62,319 nucleotides of DNA from Minisyncoccota bacterium (GCA_035510575.1 DATKGV010000006.1:1-62319), one strand, 5' to 3'; positions 1-8,756 are shown, numbered from the stretch's first letter. Numbers and translations are program-made. The notes: generated from the letters alone by a model not told the origin.

Positions 1-292
1 GAGGGGAGCAAAAGGGAAATTTTTGGCTCGAACCGATGCGACTTTTCATTTTAGATAGCAAACAAGCCATAATTATTGCTTCAGAAGAAAATTTGGAAGA
101 CAAGAAAAATTTTCTTAAAAAGATTGGCTCGAACCATCTTCTCGACGCTCGCACGCTTTTATTTTCTCCGAAAAAATCTTGGGAAATCCTTTTGAATTCT
201 TCCGTTTCCGAAATTCCCGCCGAACTCTCGCGCGCTTCGCGCGCGCCGAATTTTGAGACTCTACCTAGCTGGCTCCGGGTATACTTCAAAAT

Positions 293-509
293 CCGAACTC
301 ATTTTCAAAACAATATTGAAAGCTAATCTCACGCTCGACGTTTTTCTTAATTTTAATATTTCTACTACGCTCTGATAATGTGCTAATTCAAAATACGGAC
401 TCGGAAAATGGAAACAAAATTTTGGGGATTAGGATCCCGCCACAGGCGGGCAAGTTCCATTTTCCTCGACTGTGTCTTTTGGCGAGATTTCAAATTCTGC
501 CCGCAGGAG
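293..509. repeat. Left arm of a ~200-bp imperfect inverted repeat (partner 8312-8510)
   Basis: The reverse complement of 293-509 aligns with 8312-8510 at roughly 85% identity by eye (ctgcccgcaggag 497-509 vs ctcctgcgggcag 8312-8324). Both arms keep the ggaaaatggaa/ttccattttcc hairpin. The left arm has an extra small hairpin insert, cccgccacaggcggg, at 436-450. Confidence 0.85.
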
Positions 510-565
510 GGGTTTGGGGAGGAATGCGGGCGGGTATTAAATTTAATGAAATTTTTTGTAAAATA

Positions 566-574
566 TGCTATAAT
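566..574 (+). promoter_or_regulatory. Extended -10 element TGCTATAAT, 6 nt upstream of ATG 581
   Basis: TGnTATAAT match. The spacing puts the transcription start at or next to the start codon. Confidence 0.6.
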
Positions 575-580
575 GAACAC

Positions 581-1600
581 ATGTCAAAAATAGATTTAAT
601 TAAAAAAATTGAAGCTAAAAGAGGGTCAAAAGTTATCACTTATATTACCAGCGATAGACAAGGACCAGTTAATGCTCGCGTAGCTATGGATATAATTCCG
701 ATTATTAGCGAGCAACTTCGTAAAATTGGAAAAACTACTAAAATTGACCTTTTCTTATATACAGCCGGAGGCGATACGATGGTTCCTTGGCGTTTAGTTT
801 CAATGATTCGCGAATATTGCGATACTTTTTCTGTACTTGTGCCTTACAAGGCGCACAGCGCCGGAACAATGATTGCCCTCGGTGCTGATGAAATTGTGAT
901 GAGCGACCTGTCAGAAATTTCACCGATTGATCCATCAACGGCAAATGTTTTTAATCCGTCCGACCCAACTAACCCGCAAAATAAAATTCCAATTTCCGTG
1001 GAGGATGTTATCGCATACTTTGACTTGGCGAAAAATAAATTTGGTATAAAAAGTGATGAGGATTTAACTAAAATATTTAATAAATTTGTGGAAGCCAATC
1101 CGCAAATTCATCCGCTTGCTTTGGGAAATGTGAACCGCACTCACAATCTTATTCGTCTTATTGCAAAACGTTTGCTCAAGAGCCATAAAGAGCCAATAAA
1201 GGAAGATCAGATTGAAAAAATAGTTGAATTTTTTACTGAAAAACTATATTCGCATACTTATTTTATTGGCAGAAAAGAAGCCAAGGAAGAACTGGGCGTA
1301 AAATCAGTCATGGAAGCAGATTTAGACCTTTCTAATCTGATGTCCGATTTGTACGCAGAATATGCAAAAGAAATGGAGTTGCAAAATACTATTTGGAATC
1401 CGGAAAACGAGCTTGGAATGAATACAAGTCAAAATAAAAAAGAATATAAAGTAGCTTTTGTGGAAAGCGCCATTCTTTCAAAGGTATATCAATTAACAAT
1501 GGAATTTAAACGCCAGCAGGTAATGGTAGCTCAACCAAACGGCGTTCAAATCCCGCAAGAACAAGTCGCTATGCGGGTGGTGGCTCAGGGGTGGAAATAA
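581..1600 (+). CDS. SDH-family (ClpP/S49-like fold) serine protease
   Basis: MSKIDLIKKIE...ITYITSDRQG...FLYTAGGD...VPYKAHSAGTMIALGADEIVM...ISPIDPS resembles the serine dehydrogenase proteinase / ClpP-class family. The 380-580 part of the tracked ORF crosses the inverted repeat and lies upstream of the -10 box, so ATG 581 is preferred. Confidence 0.7.
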   Translation: MSKIDLIKKIEAKRGSKVITYITSDRQGPVNARVAMDIIPIISEQLRKIGKTTKIDLFLYTAGGDTMVPWRLVSMIREYCDTFSVLVPYKAHSAGTMIALGADEIVMSDLSEISPIDPSTANVFNPSDPTNPQNKIPISVEDVIAYFDLAKNKFGIKSDEDLTKIFNKFVEANPQIHPLALGNVNRTHNLIRLIAKRLLKSHKEPIKEDQIEKIVEFFTEKLYSHTYFIGRKEAKEELGVKSVMEADLDLSNLMSDLYAEYAKEMELQNTIWNPENELGMNTSQNKKEYKVAFVESAILSKVYQLTMEFKRQQVMVAQPNGVQIPQEQVAMRVVAQGWK

Positions 1601-1604
1601 AAAT

Positions 1605-2276
1605 ATGAAAAAAATAAATATTTTTGTGCGGTTAATTATCATTTTAATTATATCAATATTTTTGCTGTGGTTATCTTTTTACTTTTTAAGTATCAAAATT
1701 GATTCTAATTTTTTTGTAGCACTATCAACTTTAATTGTTGGTTTTGGAGCTATTTATATTTACATAACACAAAGATTTGATTCAAAGGAAGATGCAGCAA
1801 AAATTATAATTCAAGAGATTAGAAGAGCAGAAGATATTATTTCTGATTACAAAAATACGGGTTCTTATCAATTTGCAAAAAAAATTATTGCTACAAATAG
1901 TTGGAACAAAAATATTCATTACTTTGTTGATGATTTATCACCCGATGAATTAGATAAAATAAGTGACCTTTATTCAAATGGTGAGTTTTTAGATTCACAA
2001 ATACAATTAATCGCTAAGATAACCCTAGAGGATGATATTAAACGAGTATCAATTCAAAGAGAATTTAATATAGACCAACAAGAAGAAAAAATAAAAAGCA
2101 CAAATGATCTAACTATTTTTGATTTAGTTCAAATTAACAAAAATTCTGGAAAACTTCAAATTGAACCAGTGCCCGCCTTATGGAAGCCAAGATTAGACCA
2201 AATTAGTTTAACCTTAACTCTAATTTATCATTCCACGATTGTGTTGAAATTAAAAAAAATTGCTGGACTTGAGTGA
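1605..2276 (+). CDS. Membrane protein (two N-terminal TM helices plus a soluble tail), unknown function
   Basis: Hydrophobic N-terminus IFVRLIIILIISIFLLWLSFYFL and FFVALSTLIVGFGAIYIYI. Starts 5 nt after the protease stop. Confidence 0.6.
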   Translation: MKKINIFVRLIIILIISIFLLWLSFYFLSIKIDSNFFVALSTLIVGFGAIYIYITQRFDSKEDAAKIIIQEIRRAEDIISDYKNTGSYQFAKKIIATNSWNKNIHYFVDDLSPDELDKISDLYSNGEFLDSQIQLIAKITLEDDIKRVSIQREFNIDQQEEKIKSTNDLTIFDLVQINKNSGKLQIEPVPALWKPRLDQISLTLTLIYHSTIVLKLKKIAGLE

Positions 2277-2333
2277 TTTTTCCTTTATTTTTAAAGAAAA
2301 ATGTGCTAAAATGCGAATATTGTTCGTGTTTTT

Positions 2334-2990
2334 ATGGATTATTCAACTTACAAAAACTCAATCATAATTCTTGATCAGTCTGCTTGGCAACAGGTTGCTT
2401 TTTCACTTTCCAATATTGATGTGTATAAATTCCTTTCAGATAACAAAATTAAGGCTGTTGCTACATCGGATTCTGCACAGGAACTGTCCTATCAAGCTTA
2501 TAATCCAACACTTTTTGGTGGTCAATATGCAAGTACTGTGACAGCTTCTGAATTAAACTCTAAACAAAGTTATATTCTTTCTAGCTCGAATGGGTCGCTT
2601 ACTTTTCCAAGCTTAGATACAGGATATAACATTGATATTTTGAACCCATTTATTTATTCTATTCCGCGGACACTTTGGGATACTTCTATAGTAATGGAAA
2701 AGTTAAAAAGAGCAACTCGAAGTCAGGCAGATGTAAGTAATATTTATCTTTGCAGAATTTTAAAAGAGATGAATTTAAATTTCTTTATTTTTACAAATGA
2801 TCAAAATCAAATTAAGCAAATAAAAATTGAAGGATTTAAATATTTAAGACCAGATCAACTTTTTTCTTGGATGTGTAGGGAAAATTTTATTGATCCGCGA
2901 AAAGGTGGCTGGAATTTTAAAAAGAGAAAAGAACATAATAAGCAGTGGACTAAACCAGATGTTAAATTTAAGGATATATTAGATTTATGA
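2334..2990 (+). CDS. Hypothetical protein, possibly a PIN-like nuclease fold
   Basis: 218-aa ORF. IIILDQSAW near the N-terminus and FIFTNDQNQ near residue 150 resemble PIN acidic motifs (weak). Its stop overlaps the mod start (ATGA). Confidence 0.5.
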   Translation: MDYSTYKNSIIILDQSAWQQVAFSLSNIDVYKFLSDNKIKAVATSDSAQELSYQAYNPTLFGGQYASTVTASELNSKQSYILSSSNGSLTFPSLDTGYNIDILNPFIYSIPRTLWDTSIVMEKLKRATRSQADVSNIYLCRILKEMNLNFFIFTNDQNQIKQIKIEGFKYLRPDQLFSWMCRENFIDPRKGGWNFKKRKEHNKQWTKPDVKFKDILDL

Positions 2991-4717
2991 ATAAATACGA
3001 TAAATTTTCAAAAGAAGATTTAATAAAGGTTGTTGAAAAACTGGAATCTCGCAAAAAATACGGGTTGATTTGGGATGAGGAAAAAGTTAAAGAGCAATTT
3101 GAAAAAGATGCCGAAAATGCGTTACCGGTTTTGAAGGAAATTAAGGGAAAGGAAATTAAAGACAAAAATGATAAGCCTGTTAATATTTTAATTGAAGGCG
3201 ATAATTATCATGCTTTGTCGGTTTTGAATTTTACGCATCAAGAAAAAATTAACGCAATTTATATCGACCCGCCATATAACACAGGAGCAAAAGATTGGAA
3301 ATATAATAATGATTATATAGATTCAACTGATTCGTATCGGCACAGTAAGTGGATCTCTTTTATGGATAAAAGACTTAGGCTCGCAAAAAATCTTTTAACA
3401 GAGGAAGGCATAATTTGTGTGACTATTGACGACTATGAAATTCCAAGACTTTTACTTTTAATGGAAGAAATTTTTGGAGAATTTAATCATCTTGGCACAA
3501 TTGCTATTAGAAACAATCCTGCGGGCAGATCAACCACAAAAGGAGTTTCAATCACCCATGAATATGCTATTTTTTTTGGAAAATCAGATATCTCTCAAGT
3601 TTTTCGTTTAGAAAGAAGTCAGATACAAAAAGATAGATACGATCAAAAAGACAACAAGGGTTCTTTTGAATGGGTAAATTTTAGAAAACCGGGCAGTATG
3701 CGCGCTGAATCCCCCAGTATGTTCTATCCTGTTTTTATAACGACAGATTCTGTGAGAATTCCAAACATGAAATGGGATTCAATAAAAGAAGAATGGATTG
3801 CCTTAGAAAAACCTCAAAAAAATGAAAAAATATTATATCCAGTCGATGATAACGGCGAAGAAAGACGATGGCGATATGGTGTAGAGAGAGCTAGGGCAGA
3901 AATTGACGAATTTAAACCAAAAATACAGAAAGGTAAACTGCATGCTTATGTTAAAGGCAGGCTAAACGATGAAGGAATTTTACCAATGACATGGTGGGAT
4001 AAAAAAGAGTATTCCTCTACGGCTTATGGTACAAACCTGCTTAAAGATATGTTTTCTGAACTTCAAGCTTTTTCTTATCCAAAATCTATTTTTGCGGTAA
4101 TGGATTGCTTAAAAGTTATGTCGGACAAGAAGGATGCTATTATTTTAGATTTTTTTGCTGGTTCAGGTACTACGGGTCATGCAGTATTAGAATTAAATAA
4201 ACAAGATGGTGGAAGCCGGCAATTTATTCTTTGTACAAACAATGAAAAGAATATTGCCACAGAAGTATGTTATCCAAGAATTGAAAAAGTAATTCAAGGG
4301 TACAAAAATCAAAAAGGTAAAAAAGTTGAAGGTTTAGGAGGTTCTCTTAAATATTTAAAAACAAAATTCGTTAAAAATGCTTCAAGCAAAGACGACTTCA
4401 AAATTCGCATAACTAAAGAATGCACGGAGATGCTCTGTTTGCGAGAAGGTATTTTTGACGAAATAAAAAAGACGAATGATTATAGAATTTTTCAACAGGG
4501 CGACAAAACTTTAGCGGTATATTATTCTTTGGAACATAAAACTTTATCCGAACTTAAAAAAGAGTTAAATAAAATTGACGGGGAAAAAATCTTTTATTGT
4601 TTTACCCTTGACCCTCTCGGCTTAGATAAAAGCGATTTCAGAGGTTGGAATAATGTTTCTTTGGAATCCATTCCGCAAAAAATACTAGATGTATATAAAC
4701 AAATTTATGAATATTAA
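2987..4717 (+). CDS. mod: Type III restriction-modification DNA methyltransferase (Mod; beta-class N6A/N4C)
   Basis: Motif IV IYIDPPYNTG precedes motif I ILDFFAGSGTTGHA. The gene sits immediately upstream of, and overlaps, a res helicase-nuclease gene. Confidence 0.85.
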   Translation: MNKYDKFSKEDLIKVVEKLESRKKYGLIWDEEKVKEQFEKDAENALPVLKEIKGKEIKDKNDKPVNILIEGDNYHALSVLNFTHQEKINAIYIDPPYNTGAKDWKYNNDYIDSTDSYRHSKWISFMDKRLRLAKNLLTEEGIICVTIDDYEIPRLLLLMEEIFGEFNHLGTIAIRNNPAGRSTTKGVSITHEYAIFFGKSDISQVFRLERSQIQKDRYDQKDNKGSFEWVNFRKPGSMRAESPSMFYPVFITTDSVRIPNMKWDSIKEEWIALEKPQKNEKILYPVDDNGEERRWRYGVERARAEIDEFKPKIQKGKLHAYVKGRLNDEGILPMTWWDKKEYSSTAYGTNLLKDMFSELQAFSYPKSIFAVMDCLKVMSDKKDAIILDFFAGSGTTGHAVLELNKQDGGSRQFILCTNNEKNIATEVCYPRIEKVIQGYKNQKGKKVEGLGGSLKYLKTKFVKNASSKDDFKIRITKECTEMLCLREGIFDEIKKTNDYRIFQQGDKTLAVYYSLEHKTLSELKKELNKIDGEKIFYCFTLDPLGLDKSDFRGWNNVSLESIPQKILDVYKQIYEY

Positions 4718-7037
4718 TCTTAAACCATATCAAGAAAAAGCCGTTGATCAGTTGATTGAAACTGCTGTTAAGTTGTTAAATTTTGACGGACCGGGCGAAG
4801 CCTTGGTTTTTCAAGCCCCTACCGGTTCGGGTAAAACTATTATGACTGCTAAATTTATTGAGGGACTTATCAAAGAACTTCCCAATGACGATATTTGTTT
4901 CGTGTGGATGAGTATTGGTAAAGGCGAATTGCATTTGCAAAGCAAGCATTCTTTGGAAAAAGTTTTTGCCGGATTTCCTCGGGTTACTTTGGCCGAAGAA
5001 GAATTTTCAGGTGGACGAGAGAGAATTGTTAAAAATGAAGTCGTGGTGGCTAATTGGGAAAAATTACGAAGCAAAGACAGTAAGACCGGCGAATGGAAAG
5101 TGCTTTTAATGAAAGACGGCGAAAAATTAAATTTCCGTGATGTGTTGGAAAAAACTAGAGAGCAAAGAAAAATTATTTTGATTATTGATGAAAGCCACAC
5201 TAACGCCACCAGCGAAAGAGCTCAAGAATTACGACAGATTATTTCGGCTGACTTGGTTATGGAAATGAGCGCTACGCCAAAATTAATACCAACTGCGGCT
5301 CAGTTGTTTGAAACCAAAGCTGGTTTTGTGAAAGTAAATTCTAAAGATGTAATTGAGGAAGGAATGATTAAAAAAGAATTAATAATTAATGAGGATATAG
5401 AAAAAATTGCAAAGTCGGAAGAAGATTCTCAAACGGCTGTACTAGAAGCTTCCTTTCAAAAGCGACTTGAGCTTTTGAAAGCTTTTAAAAAAGAAGGATC
5501 GAGTATTAATCCTTTGGTTTTAGTACAAATTCCAACAGCCGAAGCCGGCGAGCAAAAAATTGAAGCGGTCAGAAAATTTTTAGCTAGTAAAAATATCACT
5601 GAACGCAAAGATGGACATGGCAACGGGAAACTTGCCGTTTGGTTGGCTGAGCAAAAATCAGAGCTGATTGATTGGATTTCCGAACCGGACAATGAAATTG
5701 AATTTTTAATTTTTAAACAAGCCATTGATACCGGCTGGGATTGTCCTCGAGCTCACATCTTGGTTAAATTCCGAGAAACCCATAATATTGTTTTTGAAAT
5801 CCAAACCGTTGGTCGTATTTTACGAATGCCAGAACAGAAACATTATGCTAATGAAATTTTAAACAAGGGTTATATTTATACCAACCTACAATCAATTTCA
5901 GTTAAAAAAGAAGAATACAATCCGAATATCATCAAACATCTTAAGGCAACTCGTATTAAGAAATATAAACCGATTAAAATTGAATCATACTACAAAGCTC
6001 GTGCTGATTATGGCGATATTACTTCAAGTTTTGTGCCAGTATTTGAAAAGACAGCGAATGCGTATTTTGGCATTTCTAAAAATGGAAAACTTAAGGAAAA
6101 TATAAAAGCAGTTGAAAATAAAGATATTAACCTCGATATTAAAAAGTATCAACAAGAGTTAATTGCTGACACTTCGCTTGATGTGAAAAGTTTTGACGAA
6201 ATTGAAGGAAAAATAAATCCTGACGCATGGGCTAGATTAAATGTTGCAACTGACGAATTGCAGATTTTATTTGAACAAGTTATTAAAAACAACTTAGGAT
6301 CGTTTAAAAATGTTAAGCGTTCTGTTCCGGCTGTTAAAACGGCTATTTATCTTTGGTTTAATAATAATCTTGATGCAGAAAATTGGCCTGACCCGTCTCT
6401 TTTAACTCAAAAAATATTTTTGAATAATAAAAACAGAATTGTGTTTGAACATATCTTATCAAAAGCCATTAGTGAATATGTAATAGTTAAAGAGAAAGAA
6501 GTCCGCAAGCGTGTAGAGGAAAGCGAACAAAAATATTCTTTTGAACTTCAAAAAGAACAATTTTATAATGAATACACTGACGAAATAATTACGGTAAAAA
6601 ATTATGCTTACGAGCCATGTTATTTAAATACAGACCGATCTAACCCAGAGCGGGAATTTGAAACATTTTTAAATATTAATACTTCAAAAATTGATTGGTG
6701 GTGGAAAAATGGAGAAAACAAGCAGGATTATTTTGGTGTTAAATATGAATATCAAAATAATATTTATACTTTTTATCCAGACTACTTAGTTAAATTAACT
6801 GGCGGTCGTCTTGGATTTTTTGAAGTTAAAGATTCAGGCGATCGTGATGGAAAAACTTACACTAAAGCCAAGGCAGAAGCTTTGCAAAAATATATCGCAA
6901 GTCAAAAAAGTAAAAAGTTATTCGGCGGTATTGTTATAGAAAAAAATCGTGCATGGCTTATTAACGACAATAAAATTTTTGATTGGGAAAAATGCGAGCG
7001 TGGTGTTTGGGATGAGTGGGAAGTTTTAAAGTTATAA
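4689..7037 (+). CDS. res: Type III restriction enzyme Res subunit (SF2 helicase plus PD-(D/E)xK nuclease)
   Basis: FQAPTGSGKT (motif I), IIDESH (motif II), QTVGRILR (motif VI), and C-terminal FYPDYLV...FFEVKD. An alternative start is ATG 4707. Confidence 0.85.
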   Translation: MYINKFMNINLKPYQEKAVDQLIETAVKLLNFDGPGEALVFQAPTGSGKTIMTAKFIEGLIKELPNDDICFVWMSIGKGELHLQSKHSLEKVFAGFPRVTLAEEEFSGGRERIVKNEVVVANWEKLRSKDSKTGEWKVLLMKDGEKLNFRDVLEKTREQRKIILIIDESHTNATSERAQELRQIISADLVMEMSATPKLIPTAAQLFETKAGFVKVNSKDVIEEGMIKKELIINEDIEKIAKSEEDSQTAVLEASFQKRLELLKAFKKEGSSINPLVLVQIPTAEAGEQKIEAVRKFLASKNITERKDGHGNGKLAVWLAEQKSELIDWISEPDNEIEFLIFKQAIDTGWDCPRAHILVKFRETHNIVFEIQTVGRILRMPEQKHYANEILNKGYIYTNLQSISVKKEEYNPNIIKHLKATRIKKYKPIKIESYYKARADYGDITSSFVPVFEKTANAYFGISKNGKLKENIKAVENKDINLDIKKYQQELIADTSLDVKSFDEIEGKINPDAWARLNVATDELQILFEQVIKNNLGSFKNVKRSVPAVKTAIYLWFNNNLDAENWPDPSLLTQKIFLNNKNRIVFEHILSKAISEYVIVKEKEVRKRVEESEQKYSFELQKEQFYNEYTDEIITVKNYAYEPCYLNTDRSNPEREFETFLNINTSKIDWWWKNGENKQDYFGVKYEYQNNIYTFYPDYLVKLTGGRLGFFEVKDSGDRDGKTYTKAKAEALQKYIASQKSKKLFGGIVIEKNRAWLINDNKIFDWEKCERGVWDEWEVLKL

Positions 7038-7042
7038 TTTTT

Positions 7043-7174
7043 ATGGACGAAGAATTATTTGAATTTGCCAAAGATAATGATTTGAGTTTTGAAGAAGCGG
7101 AAGAGGTTCAGAATTTTGCGGACGAAGAAGATCTTGATTTAGATGAAGCTTTAGAAATTTGGCAAGAATTATAA
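7043..7174 (+). CDS. Small highly acidic protein (43 aa), not in the ORF track
   Basis: Hand translation gives MDEELFEFAKDNDLSFEEAEEVQNFADEEDLDLDEALEIWQEL, with 19 D/E and 1 K. It starts 6 nt after the res stop and ends 1 nt before the next ATG. Confidence 0.5.
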   Translation: MDEELFEFAKDNDLSFEEAEEVQNFADEEDLDLDEALEIWQEL

Positions 7175-7175
7175 T

Positions 7176-7811
7176 ATGGCAGATGAACCATTAAACAATG
7201 AGCAAATAGAGCCTTCTGGCGCATTACCCATAAATATAATGGGTTCTGAACCCTCCAATATGCCCCCTGAAGCCCTAGAATCCCCTAAAAACGCAGATAT
7301 ACCCGTTTCCCTCAATAATGATAATCCTGAAAATAGCCCTATTTCTACACCCATACCCGAAGAAGCTAAATCCGAGGAACTGCCCGCCGAAGGCGGAAAA
7401 ACCAAGGAAATTTCTGAACCTGTGCAAACTCCTGAAACCCGAACGGCTCAAATACCAGTAAATGAGCCGTTGAACCCAGAACCTGAGCCATTAAAATCTG
7501 CACCAGTTTCACCTCCGCAATCACAGCCAGCTCCCGTTCCGATTTTTGTTGAATCGCAACAAAATAAAATTTCTCTTGCTCGTGAACTTCTCATTAAAGC
7601 TCGAAATGCAATTCAATTCCGAAAAAGAAAAAAGTTGGATCGTGTTATGACTTTGTTTCTAAAAAAATCTAAAATCACGAATGATGAAGTGCGGGAATTT
7701 TTGCACGTCTCTGATGCCACAGCGGAAAGATATTTAAATGTTTTGGAAAAAGAAAATAGAATCAAGCAAGTCGGTAAAACAGGACACGCGGTTTCGTATT
7801 CTCGAATTTAA
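7176..7811 (+). CDS. Proline-rich protein with a C-terminal winged-helix DNA-binding domain
   Basis: Low-complexity P/E-rich N-terminal ~130 aa. The C-terminus NDEVREFLHVSDATAERYLNVLEKENRIKQVGKTGHAVSYSRI looks like a wHTH. Confidence 0.65.
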   Translation: MADEPLNNEQIEPSGALPINIMGSEPSNMPPEALESPKNADIPVSLNNDNPENSPISTPIPEEAKSEELPAEGGKTKEISEPVQTPETRTAQIPVNEPLNPEPEPLKSAPVSPPQSQPAPVPIFVESQQNKISLARELLIKARNAIQFRKRKKLDRVMTLFLKKSKITNDEVREFLHVSDATAERYLNVLEKENRIKQVGKTGHAVSYSRI

Positions 7812-7904
7812 TCTGAATTTTTTTGGGGAGTAGGTTTGCGTGCACGCACGGGTGGGGTAGAGTTTTTGTGTAATCACAAAAACTCGGGGCAAGCACGAGT
7901 ATTT

Positions 7905-8214
7905 CGCCTCGGGCATTTTCCGCTAGGGTGTCCATGACTAAAGGACGAGTGCCTGACCCGAATTGCAATCCAGAAATCGAAAGCGAAAGCTACACACTAA
8001 ACACAATATTGAAAAACGTAGAGTGGGGATGGCGAGGGCAGACTCCTCGTAATCGAGGAGAGCCCGACCCGGGGAGAGGAAACTTCCTCTCCCCAAGAAG
8101 TTGCGGGCAATCAAGTGAACGGCTCATTTACTGGTATTTGAGCCGTTCGGTTATTTTGTTTGCTCGCTCATAGGCATCTAGGCACTCGTAGCCCTAGCGG
8201 AAATGCCCGAGGCG
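7905..8214 (+). ncRNA. GC-rich structured element closed by a long-range 24+10 bp stem (unclassified ncRNA or MITE-like element)
   Basis: cgcctcgggcattttccgctaggg (7905-7928) pairs with ccctagcggaaatgcccgaggcg (8192-8214). acgagtgcct (7945-7954) pairs with aggcactcgt (8180-8189). Internal hairpins: ctcctcg-taat-cgaggag, ggggagagga-aact-tcctctcccc, gaacggctca...tgagccgttc. The overlapping ORF 7928-8173 looks non-protein. Confidence 0.45.
8117..8161 (+). terminator. Intrinsic-terminator-like hairpin inside the structured element
   Basis: gaacggctca / tgagccgttc stem followed by ggttattttgttt. Confidence 0.5.
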
Positions 8215-8264
8215 GATGCCGAGGGTGTACCTCTAAACTTTAAATAACCACTGAACTAGAAAAA

Positions 8265-8273
8265 TGGTATAAT
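8265..8273 (+). promoter_or_regulatory. Extended -10 TGGTATAAT reading into the right repeat arm and tRNA-Arg
   Basis: Exact TGnTATAAT match about 410 nt upstream of the tRNA. Confidence 0.45.
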
Positions 8274-8311
8274 TTGCCCGAGACAATGTTTTGAATTTTG
8301 GTTTTGAATTT

Positions 8312-8510
8312 CTCCTGCGGGCAGAATTTGAAATCTCGCCAAAAGACACAGCCGAGGAAAATGGAAATCCTAATCCCCAAAATATTTGTTTCCATTTTCC
8401 GAGTCCGCATTTTCAATTTCGCATTACCACATTAGTAGAGCGTGGTAGAAAGTTTAAAATAAATTCATTCGTGGAGCGTGAGATTAGTGTTTATTTTGAA
8501 AATGGGTTCG
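8312..8510. repeat. Right arm of the inverted repeat (partner 293-509)
   Basis: See the left arm. Frames of overlapping ORFs are not conserved between the copies (small frame-breaking indels), so both arms are non-coding. Confidence 0.85.
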
Positions 8511-8684
8511 AGCTTGGTACAATAAAGACACAAACGAGCAAGGCGAGTGCAGTGCGCGATAGCAAAGCATGATATGCTTTGCGTGAGGGACGAGAAGACC
8601 TTGAGTATATCGCACGGAGCGAAGCGAGTACGATACGAAAGGTGTACCGAATCTGTAAGATTCTAGTCCCGAATTGTATTAGAT

Positions 8685-8756
8685 GCCCCTGTAGTTTAAT
8701 GGATAGAACTGCGGACTTCTAAGCCGTTAATCGAGGTTCGATTCCTCGCGGGGGCA
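8685..8756 (+). tRNA. tRNA-Arg (anticodon TCT)
   Basis: Cloverleaf folded by hand: acceptor gcccctg/cgggggc, D stem gttt/gaac, anticodon loop cTTCTaa, T arm cgagg-ttcgatt-cctcg. There is one A-G mismatch at the base of the anticodon stem. CCA is not encoded. Confidence 0.85.

Noticed and set aside
36-326. 96-aa ORF at the window start
   Set aside because: It has no promoter or RBS. It runs into the inverted repeat and spans repeated ggctcgaacc motifs and a GC-rich palindrome (cgcgcgcttcgcgcgcg). It is more likely non-coding, but I cannot exclude a real gene.
380-580. N-terminal 67-aa extension of the protease ORF (tracked start 380), plus overlapping ORFs 383-580(-) and 408-593(+)
   Set aside because: The segment is the non-coding left inverted repeat. 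It lies upstream of the TGCTATAAT box at 566-574, and its partner copy at 8312-8510 does not conserve any reading frame.
7812-8290. Identification of the structured element as tmRNA, RNase P RNA, SRP/4.5S RNA or a group I/II intron
   Set aside because: I found no tRNA-like acceptor/T-arm with a CCA-proximal end, and no plausible ...LAA-type tag ORF. There is no GGAAAGTCC / ACAGAA..CGGCTTA RNase P motif, no SRP domain IV GGAA loop context, and no GTGCG 5' end or domain V. It is left unclassified.
1-8520. Recurring ggttcgagc(c) / gagcgtgag motifs as a possible CRISPR-like or tRNA-fragment array
   Set aside because: There are only 3-4 irregularly spaced, imperfect copies with no constant repeat-spacer periodicity, and none folds into a tRNA. 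No CRISPR array is visible anywhere in the window.
7928-8572. ORFs 7928-8173 (81 aa) and 8291-8572 (93 aa)
   Set aside because: The translations are low-complexity or odd (many R/G/P/S). The first lies wholly in the strongly base-paired element, and the second lies in the right inverted repeat, whose frame is broken in the left copy.
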